Origin: Nageia nagi
Taxonomy: Eukaryota > Plantae > Pinophyta
DNA length: 64,000 bases
Direction: 5' to 3'
Assembly: GCA_050084985.1 (NCBI GenBank)
Contig: JBITNC010000001.1
Coordinates: forward strand, 80,848,001-80,912,000
Of the stretch, positions 22,746 to 35,479 are shown in pieces. The notes beneath the pieces were generated by a model. That model saw only the letters and a program-made list of their open reading frames with translations. It searched no databases and was not told the DNA's origin. How positions within the stretch are numbered: the first letter of the stretch is position 1; every line of letters starts with the position of its first letter. The position numbers and the translations under genes were made by a program.

Positions 22746-25071
22746 ATCAGTGTTACAGAAGGTCGGGAACGAGGAAACAAGGGAACTTAGGGGGTCATTT
22801 TTGAGGAACACCAAGGAACAACAAGGGAACGACAAGTATAATACTAGTAAAATTAATCGGAATTTTCAAAGTTTTTAGATTTTATTGTTTCCAATTCATT
22901 ATATTTATATTAGTATGATATTGATATGATATTTCTAATTTCATATTGATATTATCAATTCAATCATGTATACAAATTGAAAACATGGAATTGAAATATT
23001 CAAGACATAATATGATAATTGTAAATCTGATAACATAATGTCATAATCAGTCTCGATCATAATGTTATTAGGTCTGAATCAAATACATAGAGTGGACATT
23101 GACATGAGTATGTCAAATAGTGAAATAAGTATAACAAAAATGATAATGCCAAAATTGAAAATAACAAATTTAGTCTATGGCTTGATAGGTGCATGTGCTA
23201 ATGGTCGTGTATCCTCCTCTTCTACTGCTGTCTTTTTTCTTCTAATGGTTGTTTTTTCTCTCTCCCAGCTGCACACAATGAAAAGTGATTATAATATCAC
23301 TTTTGGATGGAATTTATAAGATGTTTTTAGGGTTAGAGGGGGTGAGATAATTGGTGGGTCCCATCCCATGCATTTTAAGTGTTTTTTTTTAGGTTATAAT
23401 CTGTTTTTTTTTTAGATGTTTTTTTTGTTCATATGTGCCCAAAATCGAGCAGGAATGTCAGACATCCTCGGGAACGGGTGGGGAACGCTTGATAATGAAG
23501 GATGATAGTAGAGAAAACCAAGAGAAGATAACTGATCAAGAAAGGAATAATAGAGATGCCATATTTACTGGATGAATCAGACAAAAAACAAGATTCAGGG
23601 AGCAGATCGGAGTTTGAAGAAATATTTGTTAAAGAAACTCAGTGGTAGGAAAGAGGTAGCCAGGTGGTAGGTACCATGAAGCACAACAAGAAAAGCAGAT
23701 ATTGGACAAAGAAAACAGACACGGCCTGGTGGAGGAAATGTAAGGGAGAAAGTAACAACCAGAGAGGTAGCTGATGGCAAACAATCAATGTTGGATAATT
23801 TGGGGAATGAAAAACACCCTAAAAGCGGCAAAAAATGAGGTTCATCTCATAAAACATGAGAGGGTAAAGTCCCTTCACACAGACTTCTATATAGAAAGGT
23901 GAATCCTGATGTTGTGACACAAGAAACAAAAGTCAAAAAGGATATGACTGTAGAATACTGATGGTTACTGCTATAAGTTGCAGAAGAACCAAATGCTACG
24001 GTCTTTGTAGCACTATATTTTCCAAAGATTGAAATATGCAAGAAATTGGTGATCAATAGTTTGGGATACCAAATAGCATGTAGTTATTATATTCTGAAAT
24101 AAACAGTGGCAGGGTATTGCCCAAATTGTTGCAAATTTATAATAACTGGTTTTGGGTACCTATATAAAAAAAACCCTTAATTTTACCAATGAGCTGGTTT
24201 TTGGTCTCGACCAAAAATTAATACAAGTAGAAAACTAGTAGAAAACCAATAGAAAAACCACTAGAACAAATATCAGGAAAACAAACAAAAAACAAGTAGA
24301 AAAATGGAAAAAAAGACAAAGTAGAAAAACCTGAATTCGTTGAATTTGGAGTGAATAATCCTTTGGAGTAGGTTGGACTGAGTTTTCCTCCTGTGATTTT
24401 GCCTTTAGCAGCTATGCTTACCTTTTTTTTGCAAGTGAAAATGACAAAATAAGTCAAACTGGACATTTTAAACCCCCAGTTGCGCTTTTTCACACAGTTG
24501 ATTTTTTGCATGGACTTGCTGTTTAATCACCAACTGTCTGGCCGATTAATTGGCAAAATTGACTGGTCATGAAAAACAAAATATTGCCAATTCAATCGAG
24601 TTTGAATCAGATGGAATGAATCAGCTTGGGAATCACCGATTAATTATGATTTTTGGCAATTTTGACTACTATGGATGGAATTAAGCTGATATATATTTAC
24701 CTAAAGAAACTTGAAGAGACAAAACTTGGACTTGTATTGATTTGTCAGTACAAAGAGGATAAATTTGTGTTAAAGAAAAAAAAGGTCTGATACTGTTTTT
24801 GAATATTTTGATAAGAACAGAGGCTTTGTTGCTGTTCAAGTTGTCAGTTTTTGGTGATTTGGTTAAGAATGGAAATATGACCTTAGACTTTTAGAAAAGG
24901 TCAAAAGAAAATTGTCAAACTTCAAAAAGGAGTATGGCTAATTATTTGAAGAATTATTTAGTGTTCAACACCAAAATGAGCAAAGGAAGTTTTCTGTTTA
25001 AATATTTTTTTATGCCAAATGATCTTACTAATTCATTAAATTCCATTAGAAAATTAGCCGGTGATGGGTTA

Positions 25072-28000
25072 TGTTGTGTTCGCACAACACACCCCAAGAT
25101 GCAGCATTTTGGGGATCCTAGTTTTGCAAAGGCAATGATGTGCATTGCTTTGAGAGTGGTTTTTGCATGATGGATAGTTCAGTTTGAAGAGTGCAAATAT
25201 GATATCAGGGAGCAGTTCAAGGAGATCATGCAACAAAGACCCTGAAAGATATTAGAGTATTAAGTCGCCACTTTTGCAGCCAAGGAACCAGGATTTGAGA
25301 GCTATTAACAGAGCACGAATTTCTTGGCTTTAAGATAGGGTTAATGAGGATGGGGCTGTCTTGGCAAGATTGAGCAACAGAGGTGCCAAGATGACCAAAG
25401 GTGCGTTTTTCGTCAAATTTGAGCCTAGGAGCAATGGGTACAGTTAAAATAACGAAAATGCGCGTTTTTGTACAAATTGAGTCCGAAAAGGGCATCTATA
25501 GCCAAAAAGTGCATTTTTGTCAATTTTGAGCCCGAAGAGCTAGAAAATGGTCAGTAGCACGGAAAAGTGCGTTTTGGTCAATTTTGAGCCTGGGAGTGGT
25601 CAGTGTAGTAGAAATGTGCGTTTTTGCATGATTTGAGCCCAGAAAGCTCGGAATTGACCAAAATTGCAAGATTGAGCTCAAAATGCTCAAAAATGCTCGA
25701 AAATGAGCATTTTTTGCATATCTTAAGTTCGAAAAGGCTGGAGATGTAGACTTTGAGCTCGAAATGCCCGAAATGCCGAAATGATCGTTTTCTTACCATT
25801 CAAGCTCAGAAGTGTGCAAAAAAGCCGAAAATGGTCGAAATTCATACTTAAAGCCTGGAAATGTCGGAAATGGACGAAAATACACTGTTTGAGCCCATAA
25901 AGGATGGGAAAGGTCAGGAATGTGCAATATAGCCTGGGATGAATGAGGAAAGCAAGTTTGAGCGCCCTTGAGGGGTAAAATCAGAAAATGAGTGTTTTGG
26001 TGTCTGAGAAGCTTTGGGTTGAGCTCGAAAAGTTAATTTTTTCAAAGTGCTTGAAATGAAAATATGAGAGAGAGTTGTGGTGCCAAATGACAAATTAAGG
26101 CCACTCTACTCTTGGAAATTTCGAAAAAACTCGAGTATTGACCCCTGAAAAGTTAAGGGAGAGTTTTTTGAGTTTTCCCTTAGTCAAATTTCGAAAAATG
26201 GCCTATTCTCTTCAAAACCTGCACCTACTTTTTGGAAGGCCTTGATTGATCCGAAATGGCGATTTTTGAGCTCAAGAGGGTGGGGATCGCGATTCTACAT
26301 CAAATTGGTCTTTCATGTTTGTGATTACGATGAGTTTTGCTCCACCAAAAGTGAGAAAAACGGAAAATGAGAAAAAGGACAGCCAATAGGAATGCTCTAT
26401 TTTTTCCAAAATTTCAAAAATGCAAAAATAAAAATCCAAGGATGAGGTAGGGTGCCAAACCCAATTTTAGGCACTTTTCCTCTTGGAATTTTTGAAAAAA
26501 ATAAAAAAATACTCCTCAAAAAGCTAGGTGCTCTTTTTGGCATGTTTTCCATGTTTTGTTAAATTTTGAAAATGGCCTAAACACCCTAAAACCTGCGCCT
26601 ACCCTTCTTGTGCCCCAAAATTGCTAAAAATTGAAAATTTCGATCTTCATGGGGTATAGAATGGGATTTCACACAAGATTGATGATTTGAGTTTTCCAAA
26701 ACAATGAGATCTACTTCCTCAAATCATCAAAATTCGATTGGCCAATGAGATAGCTCCAAAATTTTCCCAAATTTTTCAAAATTGGCCAAATCAAAAAGGA
26801 GAATGAGGTAGGGTGGCAAATCAAATTGTAAGCAACATTGCCTATTGCAATTTTGCAAAAATATCAAATTTTGCCCTTCAAAAACCTAGGCGGCAGTTTT
26901 GAGACTTTTCCCTCATTTTCCATTTTTCCAAAACTTGCCTAATTCTCTCAAAACCTGCGCCTAGCATGCAAGCCCTCATTTTTGCTCAAAAATTAAAAAT
27001 TTTGACCCTAGGAGCATGGGAAATCCAATTTTGCATCTCATTTATGTTTTAATTTTTTGGAAAAAAGTTGATCTACTCCTTCAAAATCCCAAAATATGGA
27101 TTAGCCAATGGGAGAGCTCTAAAATTTTTCAAATTTTTCAAAAATTCTCAAAATCAAAATTGGAAAGAAAGGAAGGGTGGCAAATCAAATTCTAAGCATC
27201 TTTGCCTCTTGCAAGATTGCAAAAAAATTAAGTTTTGCCTCCCAAAAGTGAGGGGGGAGTTTTAAGAGTTTTCCCTCAAAATCCCATTTTTCAAAACTTC
27301 CCTAAAACTCTTAAAACCTGCTCCTAGCATCAAAAGGAATTAAAAGCTATCAAATGTGGAATTTGTGAGCTTCATGGGGTGCAAAATTCAATTGTACACC
27401 ATTTTGGTCTTCCAAGTGCATGATTTGGACAAGAAAAGCTCCTCAAATCATGGATTTGCCCTCCCAAAATGGAGAAAATCAGAAAAAAGAGAACTTCAAA
27501 TCTTCAAAATTGTGACTCAAGATCCAAAATTTTAGAAATCAATTTTGATGATTGATTTGGGTACCCATTTCCATTGGGAAGAAAAGTGATTTGGATCCAA
27601 AAATGTGAAGAAAAACACAAAAAATTCTCAAGATCCAAAGGCTGAAAATCTTCACTTTTTCAAAAAAATAAAAAATAAAATAAGAAATTTTGGAGATCAT
27701 GTGTGGAATAAGGATTCAAACACTTTGGCCTTTGAAATTTTTGAAAAAAAAGGAAAACTTGCTAAAAATGCCTAGGCGCTCATTTTCCAAGTTTTCCCAC
27801 CTTTGGCCTTTTTCTTAACATTGGGAATGAATGGAAAACTCCCAAAATGCCCCTTCATTAAAAAGCCCCAAATTCAATGCAAAAAGGCTCCAAATCATCT
27901 CAAAACTTCCTAAGAACCTCAAAATCCCATACTTCATCCATCCATGGGGTCATATCCACTTTTTAAAATTTTTCCAAATTTCGAATCCCCCCATCATTTC

Positions 28001-29356
28001 TGAAAAATAGACCAAAAATTCACTTTTTCGGAAACTTTTCTCGGAATTCCTTCAAAATTTGCTAAAACGATCACATCAAGGGCAAATCCAGACTAAAGAA
28101 AGAAGGAGCTCAAAAGACTGATGAACAGATCCTAAACAACGATTTGAAGCTCCAAATTTTGCCAAATTGATGCAAAACGCCTCGAAATCCATGCTAGAGG
28201 ACATCAATTTTTTAAATATTTTATTTCAAGCATATTTTAGTGGGATGAGTAGTGTTCTCCCACTAAACAATATTGTAATCTCAATTTAGCATTTAAATTA
28301 GCATTTTAGTGTTTTTCTAGAAATTAGGGCAACACTTGAGAATTTGACCCAATTTTGCCTATAAATAAGTGGCATGGGGTCTCATTTTCATTTGAGCTCA
28401 TTTTGTGAAAAAAGTGAAACTTTTGCAAAAGAGTAGCAAATTGATGTATCCTTGGACAACTCTTTTATAAGTTAATACAAAGTGGTTAAGGCAAAGATCA
28501 AGCTTGTTTATCCATTTGTGGTGTTGTGAATTGTTTCTTAAGGATTATCGTTGCTCGTTTGACACTTTTGCATCCTTCCTTTGAAAACTCGAGAGTTTTA
28601 GGGAATGTATTATTGCTTTATTCTTTAAAGTGTTGGAAATCAGTCTTTGATAATTGCTTGGTTGATAGCACGCATTAGATGAGGTATTTGGAATCTGTTT
28701 CCTGTTTTATGACATCAAACTAAAGGTTTACATCCAAACTCTTGTTCTTCCCACGTTCTTCCACCACGTCCATTTGATTGCTTGTAATCGACATTCCTCC
28801 CCGCTCTTCTTTGGAACAACTCGAACATAGTTTGTTCGCAAAGCTGGATGAATTGGATGAAATCCCTAAACTGATCTGAAAAGGATGAACTTTTCAGACA
28901 ATGCTTCATCGTGGTGACTCTTTTATCCATTTTTGTTTCACAAGTGTAGTCTCTCACTTTACAATATTTTATTTATGCTTTATTTATGCTTTCAAAACCA
29001 AATACAATCGTTAAGTCCGCACACAGATATTTCGAAAAAACTCTATACATCAAATAAAACAACGTTGGTTAATAGACTGCTACCTCTCATTCCATTCCAT
29101 TGAGGCCGATTCCAAAGAGGGATACTACACTTTTATTTATCTATCCCTATTTAGAAAACACACCTAGCGGACATACCTTACAACATCACAACGTTGGGGT
29201 CATTGGACAGGGTGTTTCAACAAGGGCCTTGGAGGTACCTAGTCCTTTTCAAACGGGGGAATTGGTAATGCATTCCCAACTATGTTGCTTGGGATCTCCT
29301 ATGTTCCGTGTGTGATATTCAGAGTGTCCCGCTCGGGAAAGAAAAGCATCCCAACA
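25072..29356 (+). mobile_element. 4.3-kb solo LTR related to the one at 11439
   Basis: Starts TGTTGTGTTCGCACAACACACCCC and ends CATCCCAACA. TSD GGTTA/GGTTG. TATA (CCTATAAATA) at ~28360. Confidence 0.85.
26070..27800. repeat. ~365-bp tandem subrepeats in the solo LTR U3
   Basis: AAAACCTGC(G)CCTA recurs at ~26214, 26588, 26950 and 27313, plus a partial fifth copy. Confidence 0.8.
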
Positions 29357-29714
29357 GGTTGCAGATGTGTTGAATTGTTTAACCCTTATGAGAATTTTAT
29401 TGAATCTTTGCATTTATTGTAAAAAAATTGTGGTTTGATAACGCAAAGTCTTGTATATGGAAGAACTACACTAGGAGTAATATTCGTAAGCAATCTAGTT
29501 GAAGTAATCAAGACATGAAATTCCATCACACCTCAACCATAATTGACAAACATGCCAGGATGATGAACTTTACTTCTTTAGTACGATTGGTTAATTATGA
29601 CATCGGGTACATTCAAAATCAAAATGCAACTTTTTCAAAATACATTTTGTTAGGTGATAGTTTATCTTTTCTAAAAAACTTGTGTTGTAGACAATAACTT
29701 GACTTTACTCTCAA

Positions 29715-31420
29715 ATGCCCATGCTAAGGAAAAAAAAGGTTTGTGGGCCAATGGTTTTTAGGTTGGTTTATTTCAATTATTATCAAGGAATATTTTTGCC
29801 TTCATTGGAGGAGTCTTGTAGAAAGCATGAGGCTTATAATTTTCAACAATTTTTTTTTGCACATTCACAAGAAAATGATGCATGCTATTGGCATAAATTT
29901 ATCACCCTTTGCAACACGACCTACAATATCATATCTAAGGTAATACCTAAAAGTCTTAATAGAGTTTTCTCCTATTCAATTTTAAACAGATAAAGTGGGT
30001 TTGTAGAAGGAAAACATGTTTTTGATGGCATCATGCTTTCTCGTACTGCTGTCCATTCAATAACACAAGAAATAATCTACAAATGCTTAAGTTGCATGTG
30101 AACATGGCCTATGAAAGAAGGAGATGGTCTGGTGGGTTGGGATTCTAAGATTCTTAGATAGAGGGAACCCCTCTCCCCATACCTTCTTATCTTTTTCATT
30201 AAGGCTATAATTGAGGATACTTTGTTAAATGTTGATAACATATTTCCATGTATAATTTGTGGATGACGCTTTGATAATAGGTAATCCCTACATTGAGAAG
30301 CTATAAATTTCCCTAGTAGTCAAACTCGTCGGGACTCGCCAAAGATCGCGAGTCCCGAGTCTGAGTCATGCCTGGCGAGACCCAGGGGCTCGAACTTGCA
30401 AGCCTGGAGATTTGCCGAGTCTTGGCGAGTCTAGCCAAGTCTGGTTGAGTCCAACGAGTCTGGTGAAAGCAAAGTAATTCAGAAAAATGACTTTAAAACA
30501 TTAAAAAAACCCATTAATTAGGCATTGTGTATACTCGTAGGAAAGGTCTCTTCGAATGCTACCCAATGAAAAAAGAATTACCTCTATTTAATGTCTCTAT
30601 AAAAAGTTATGCCTTCACAAAGATGACTGATCTATTTTGTGACAGGTTCAACAAGAAACAATTTCCACAAAACCATTAAGAATGCTCCAAAGTCCAAACA
30701 CCATGCAAGTATGAGAATTCACCAAATCTTCACTCCAATGAAAAAGGGGAAAAACATAAAGAATGAAGTTTGCAGCCATCATAGATTGGCTGATTTTGTA
30801 TTTTGCAGCCATCATAGGCACATTTTGTATTGTAAAGTCTTAACATTTTGATGAATATAAACATATGCCCCTTCCTATCCGTAATTTGTAATTGTGTATA
30901 TTGTAAATTGTATAATGTTGATGTTATTGTTGAGTAGGTAGGTTTCTAGAAGACACTAATAATAGTAATAAATAATAGGCAATTGAAAAAACTTATGTTT
31001 TCAGTGAAAAAATATATACTTTTTCATTTTTTTTGTTTTGCCGAGTTAGGCCGATTTTTTCGCTATCTTGAGTCTTGAGTCTGAGTGAGCCTCGGCGAGT
31101 CTGAGATTGACTACTATGTAAATTTCAAATTAATTTTATCTACTTCTTGAAAGGCTACTAGACAACTCATCAATAATAAAAAAATATACATATGTTTTAT
31201 ATCATGAACAATTCAAGCCAGATGCAAATTAACAAGAACCTTGGCTTTTGGGATTGGTAGCCCAGGTACTTAGTTGGGCAGGGATTCTATTTGATTTTAG
31301 AATGGTTTATTGGATGGTTTCCCTACCAAACTCAACTTCTGGAAAGGCAAGTTGCATTTGAAAGATGGGATAGTTTGATTGCTAGATCAACTCTTCAAAC
31401 CATGCCAGTCTACAAAAGTT
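29715..31420 (+). pseudogene. Decayed L1-type LINE reverse transcriptase remnant, interrupted by a MITE
   Basis: ITLCNTTYNIISKVI, SGFVEGKHVFDGI, LR*REPLSPYL and FVDDAL motifs occur in the expected order. Confidence 0.75.
30312..31118. mobile_element. hAT-family MITE (807 bp)
   Basis: TIRs CCTAGTAGTCAA / TTGACTACTATG (1 mismatch). Perfect 8-bp TSD TAAATTTC at 30304-30311 and 31119-31126. CGAGT-rich subtermini. Confidence 0.92.
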
Positions 31421-32466
31421 GACATGACAAATTGTGAATTTGTGAAATCATCGTAAATAATGTCCAGCATTGGTTTGTAGTTGTTCATCTTGTTCCATCT
31501 TATTGTCAACAACCGTCATAGCATAAGGCCTCCATTCTACAAAAAATTATTTCTCAATCCTCCCGTTTGTGTGCATCATCATTTCATTAGTAAATAATCT
31601 GTCTGAGTTGTGCATGGAAAAAGTTCAAATTCCTTGATGCAACATAAAGCTGAAGATAGAAAATCAAACAAAGAAAAAGATAAATAGGTTTTGCATCTCA
31701 GTTCAGTTGAATTGTGCAGTAAATGACCTCACTCAAAGGAGTCCGATATGGCACAAAATCAAATAGGGCATGTTGTTGATAACTTGATACAGAAGAAGTA
31801 TGTTGAACTTGTGTTTGTCCAACTGTTGTTCTATTTGTCATGGCACACCTAGAATTGAAGAGAGGAGCAACATATGTTTGGAAAGAAATAATAATATTTT
31901 CTTTCAACATTAGAAACAGAGTTGAGCTCGAGTCATTAACAATATAACCTACTGTTGCTTTTGGAAATATACAAGTAAGCTAGTTTGGCTAAACTGAACT
32001 CTGGTTGCCTCTTTCTTTAGCCAAGTTATTCTGTTTTGTTATCATGTTACACTGAGCATTGTATGGTTGGAAGTGTATGACCTCTCCTGTTTGTTTGCCT
32101 TATTTATGATCTTCTTGCAACAATTTACAGATTTGTTTGGCCAGAAAATCTAAGTGAAATTGGCTGTGTGATAACAAACTGTAGATGTCATGTAAGAGTA
32201 AAATCTATATTTTGTTTGTACACTATGAATTTCACAAAGGCCCCCCTGTAGGTCTCCTTGCATCTTTCAATAAAAAAAACATATTCACAATTTCACATTT
32301 CAACTTCTCTTAAATATTACAAGATTCTATGGACATTTGCGTGTTGCCAAAAACGAATTATGAGTTCAATAGGATTTCTGATTGCAATCAAGCCTTAGTC
32401 TGTTTTCTATAAATGGTTGACTAGTTGTGTACTGATGCTTATTTATTAATTTCGTTTATTTTACAG

Positions 32467-33110
32467 GTGACTTGTTGTGCAAAAGCTCTGTGGAGATGAG
32501 AAAATTGAATGATGAACAATGCAAGAGAAGAAAAATGACTGATGGAAATGCTTTGGAAGATCGTAATGCTGTTTCTTGTATACCTCCATCAGTCAATGAT
32601 GTTGAAGCTCCCAGATTGGACTCTACTCATATAAAAACAGATTATTTCCTCATTGACAAAGACACAGATGCAAACAGTATAGGGGAGGTGCTTCCATTTC
32701 CTTGTGGATGTGAGAAACAATGTCTTCAAACAGAAACTGTAAACAACAGTGATCTGGAAATGGGAGTCAATGCAGCAACTGTTGGTGTCCAAACAAATAT
32801 GGCTAAGGCCCCTGTGGGGAACATACATTTTCAGGAGGTCAATAAAGAAAAGGGAAATTCAAGAAAGGAAGGGCTTGAAATGCGAGATAATGATCTTCTG
32901 ATGACTTTTGTTTGTCAAAAATGTGGACAGGAAGTGGCTTGTGATGAACAAATGAAGCAGGAGCATGAAGATTATCATTATGCATTAGAATTGCATTCAC
33001 AAGAAGCAGATGGATTGAGGAAACATAGTAATAATCTGGCCAGGAATCCTTATCCAAAGAAAAGGAACCAAAAACTTACTTTGGATTCATTTTTCTTTCG
33101 GTCCAAGTAG
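32467..33110 (+). CDS. Terminal coding exon of a Y-family translesion DNA polymerase (Pol kappa or Pol eta type): UBZ3 zinc finger, NLS, PIP box
   Basis: Acceptor TTTACAG|GT. Uninterrupted frame ending CQKCGQEVACDEQMKQEHEDYHYALEL...PKKRNQKLTLDSFFFRSK*, i.e. C-x2-C...H-x-D-x-H and TLxSFF. Confidence 0.8.
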
Positions 33111-33496
33111 TAGTAGGACTCTAAATGCTGAGAAATATAAACGTACTTCATGTAAATTTAACCTTCAAGTAAAATTCTGGACACTTTATGTCGGATGACT
33201 ATTGGATCAAAGAGAGCCCGAGAACAAGTTTGATACGCTTACTTGATTGGGCTGGAAATGTATTTAAAATGATTTTTCTGAACGTCACACAAGCCATGGA
33301 TTTTTAGTGAACTCAACTTCAACTCTATTGTCCATAGATGTTGTGTTGGATTCACAGTATGAATGCAAAAAATATCAAGGTCATTATCAATTAACCATGA
33401 AATTGGGAGAAAACTTAAATAATTCTTGTATAATTCAAATTTTGCACCTGACTTGATAGTACTGCGGTAATTGTTGCGAATTCTATATGTTTTCAA

Positions 33497-33568
33497 CTCA
33501 AGGGGCAGGATTTGAACCTGGGCCTCTCTCATAGGAATTTTAACTTACCCTTTCTCTCCAACTCTCCT
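33497..33568 (-). mobile_element. tRNA-derived SINE head
   Basis: rc GGAGAGTTGGAGAGAAAGGG...GGTTCAAATCC (B box). Second copy at 46828-46897 and a diverged copy at ~33863-33930. Confidence 0.6.
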
Positions 33569-34126
33569 TCAGTAGGTTACATGTCTAATTCAAATTTTGT
33601 TTGTGGCTCATTATACTTAAAGATAAATATTCTAGCAATTATATTTAGCTTTCGTATTCTAAGAAATTAAAGAAGGCATCTCTAATTTGCATCTTGTTGG
33701 TAATTTTATTATGATTCTTTTTAAAAGAATACAATTTTAATTAAGAAGACCTCAGTTTTCAAAATGTGAAGGAATTGGTATATAATGACAAAGTTAACAT
33801 TAATGCCATTTAAAATTAATGGCTTTGTAGGATTTATTATTTGTTTTTAAATATTACCAATGTAGGGGGTGGGAGTTGAACATTGAACCTTCAATATGAG
33901 TGCTGTCATACCCATTTATCTCCTAACTCTAATATAAGGTTGTCTAACAATTAAAAAAGTTGAAAAACGAATATTTAGAAAAATTTCAGCCTTACAAGTA
34001 TGTTAAATGCCATTTAGTACATGAAGGTAATTTTTGTTAAAAAATTAAAATAAACCATAATACTTTTACAATATTTGTAATCTAGAAAGTAAATTAAGTT
34101 TATTCAAATAGCATATTCAATCATGT

Positions 34127-34365
34127 GAAGGGAGTTGGAGAGACAAGTGGTTGTTAAAACTTTCAAGTTGAAAAAGGGAGGCTCTAGGTTCCAATATCTC
34201 CCTCTTCATATGATGTGGATGTGCTAAGTTCAGTCAATGGTTTCTAATTGATGTGGATGTGGTTGAGTGCAACTCTTGGATGATTTTGACGGAAGAGAAT
34301 CCCATAGACATGGAATCTAATTCCAAGGCTACACTCCCCGCAAGAGGTGGTTCCAAACAAAAAAT
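34127..34365 (+). mobile_element. tRNA-derived SINE with A-rich tail
   Basis: tRNA-like head, body and AAACAAAAAA tail. A related 3'-truncated copy lies at 46431-46560. Confidence 0.6.
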
Positions 34366-35479
34366 AGCTTACAAGGTGTGAGGTGTAAAAATATTATATT
34401 AAATTAAATCATTTATTAAGTATTTTCAATGATTCATTGATATATGAAAATATATTCTTAAATTAATGGTTTAGTGTGTAGGATACCTAGCTTAGTGTAC
34501 TTCAAGCTCTTTATTAATGGTGGTTAATTCTTTCGTAGCTTCATTTGCAGTTGGCAAAAGGAGCAATGGTGCCTAAGGAATTACACAAGTTTGTACCGAA
34601 GGTATTCTACGAGGTAATTCTACCTTTGATATTGTTATTCCTTTGTTTGAGTTCAACAGTACATGTGTTTGGCTTGAGAGCTATACTCTTATAGGTTATT
34701 TTCTTGGGCGTATCCCCTCCAAGTCTAACCTAGAAACTTGGATAGACCAGTATCTACGACCCCATGGTATTCAAGTCTACCATGTTCAAAACTTGTCCAT
34801 TTTTTGTTTTCATTTTTCAATTTGCCTAGCTTGAACATGCTCAAAAGGTTCCGAGCAAGGGTCCGAGCTATGTTAATAGTACCCTATTCATTTTTCAGCC
34901 TTGGAGTCGAAATTTCTCGGTTGCCAACTCTGTGAATTTGGTTGTGCATGTCTGGATAGAATTCGCAGACCTCCCCCTAAGCCTGTGGCCTTATATAAAA
35001 AACATGGTCAATCTTTTAGGGGAGTTTGTATGTGATGAACCAACATGCCTTGTGGCTTCTCACTCGATTCGACTTATGTGTGTTCGGGTGGACCTTACCA
35101 AGTCGTTGAAGGAGTACATTGATATTCAAATTAGAGCTACTCGAATTTCTCAACGTGTGGTGTATGTTAGTCTTTCGAATTCTTGTTTCAAATGCCAGTC
35201 CCAGTCTCACAAGATTAAAGACTATCCTCTAATGGTAGATAGGTTTAAAGCTAAGGCGGTTATTGTGGCCTCCTCGACACTAGCCCCTACTAACCATACA
35301 ACCAACTACCCTATTGAACAGGGTGAATGGCAAGAGGTTCATCACAAAAATTGCAAATGGGAAAATGTGACTAATGGTTCAACGCCAGTTAGTTATGCTC
35401 AGGTAGTAGCTATTAAACCTCCTCCTCATGTCCCCATTTCAAGCCTGGTTGTTATGGAGGTGTTCCTGTAGAGTGGGGT

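Larger units (their letters stand above)
93..32466 (+). other. Putative ~32.4-kb transposon-filled intron
   Basis: GT at 93; polypyrimidine tract and TTTACAG acceptor ending at 32466; reading frame preserved on joining. Small intervening exons cannot be excluded. Confidence 0.55.

Noticed and set aside
32472-33110. Stand-alone 212-aa gene starting at TTG
   Set aside because: A splice acceptor lies 5 nt upstream; this is a terminal exon.
34520-34540. TSD for the L1 (TTCTTTC, also at ~46199)
   Set aside because: Too short and low-complexity to be distinguished from chance.
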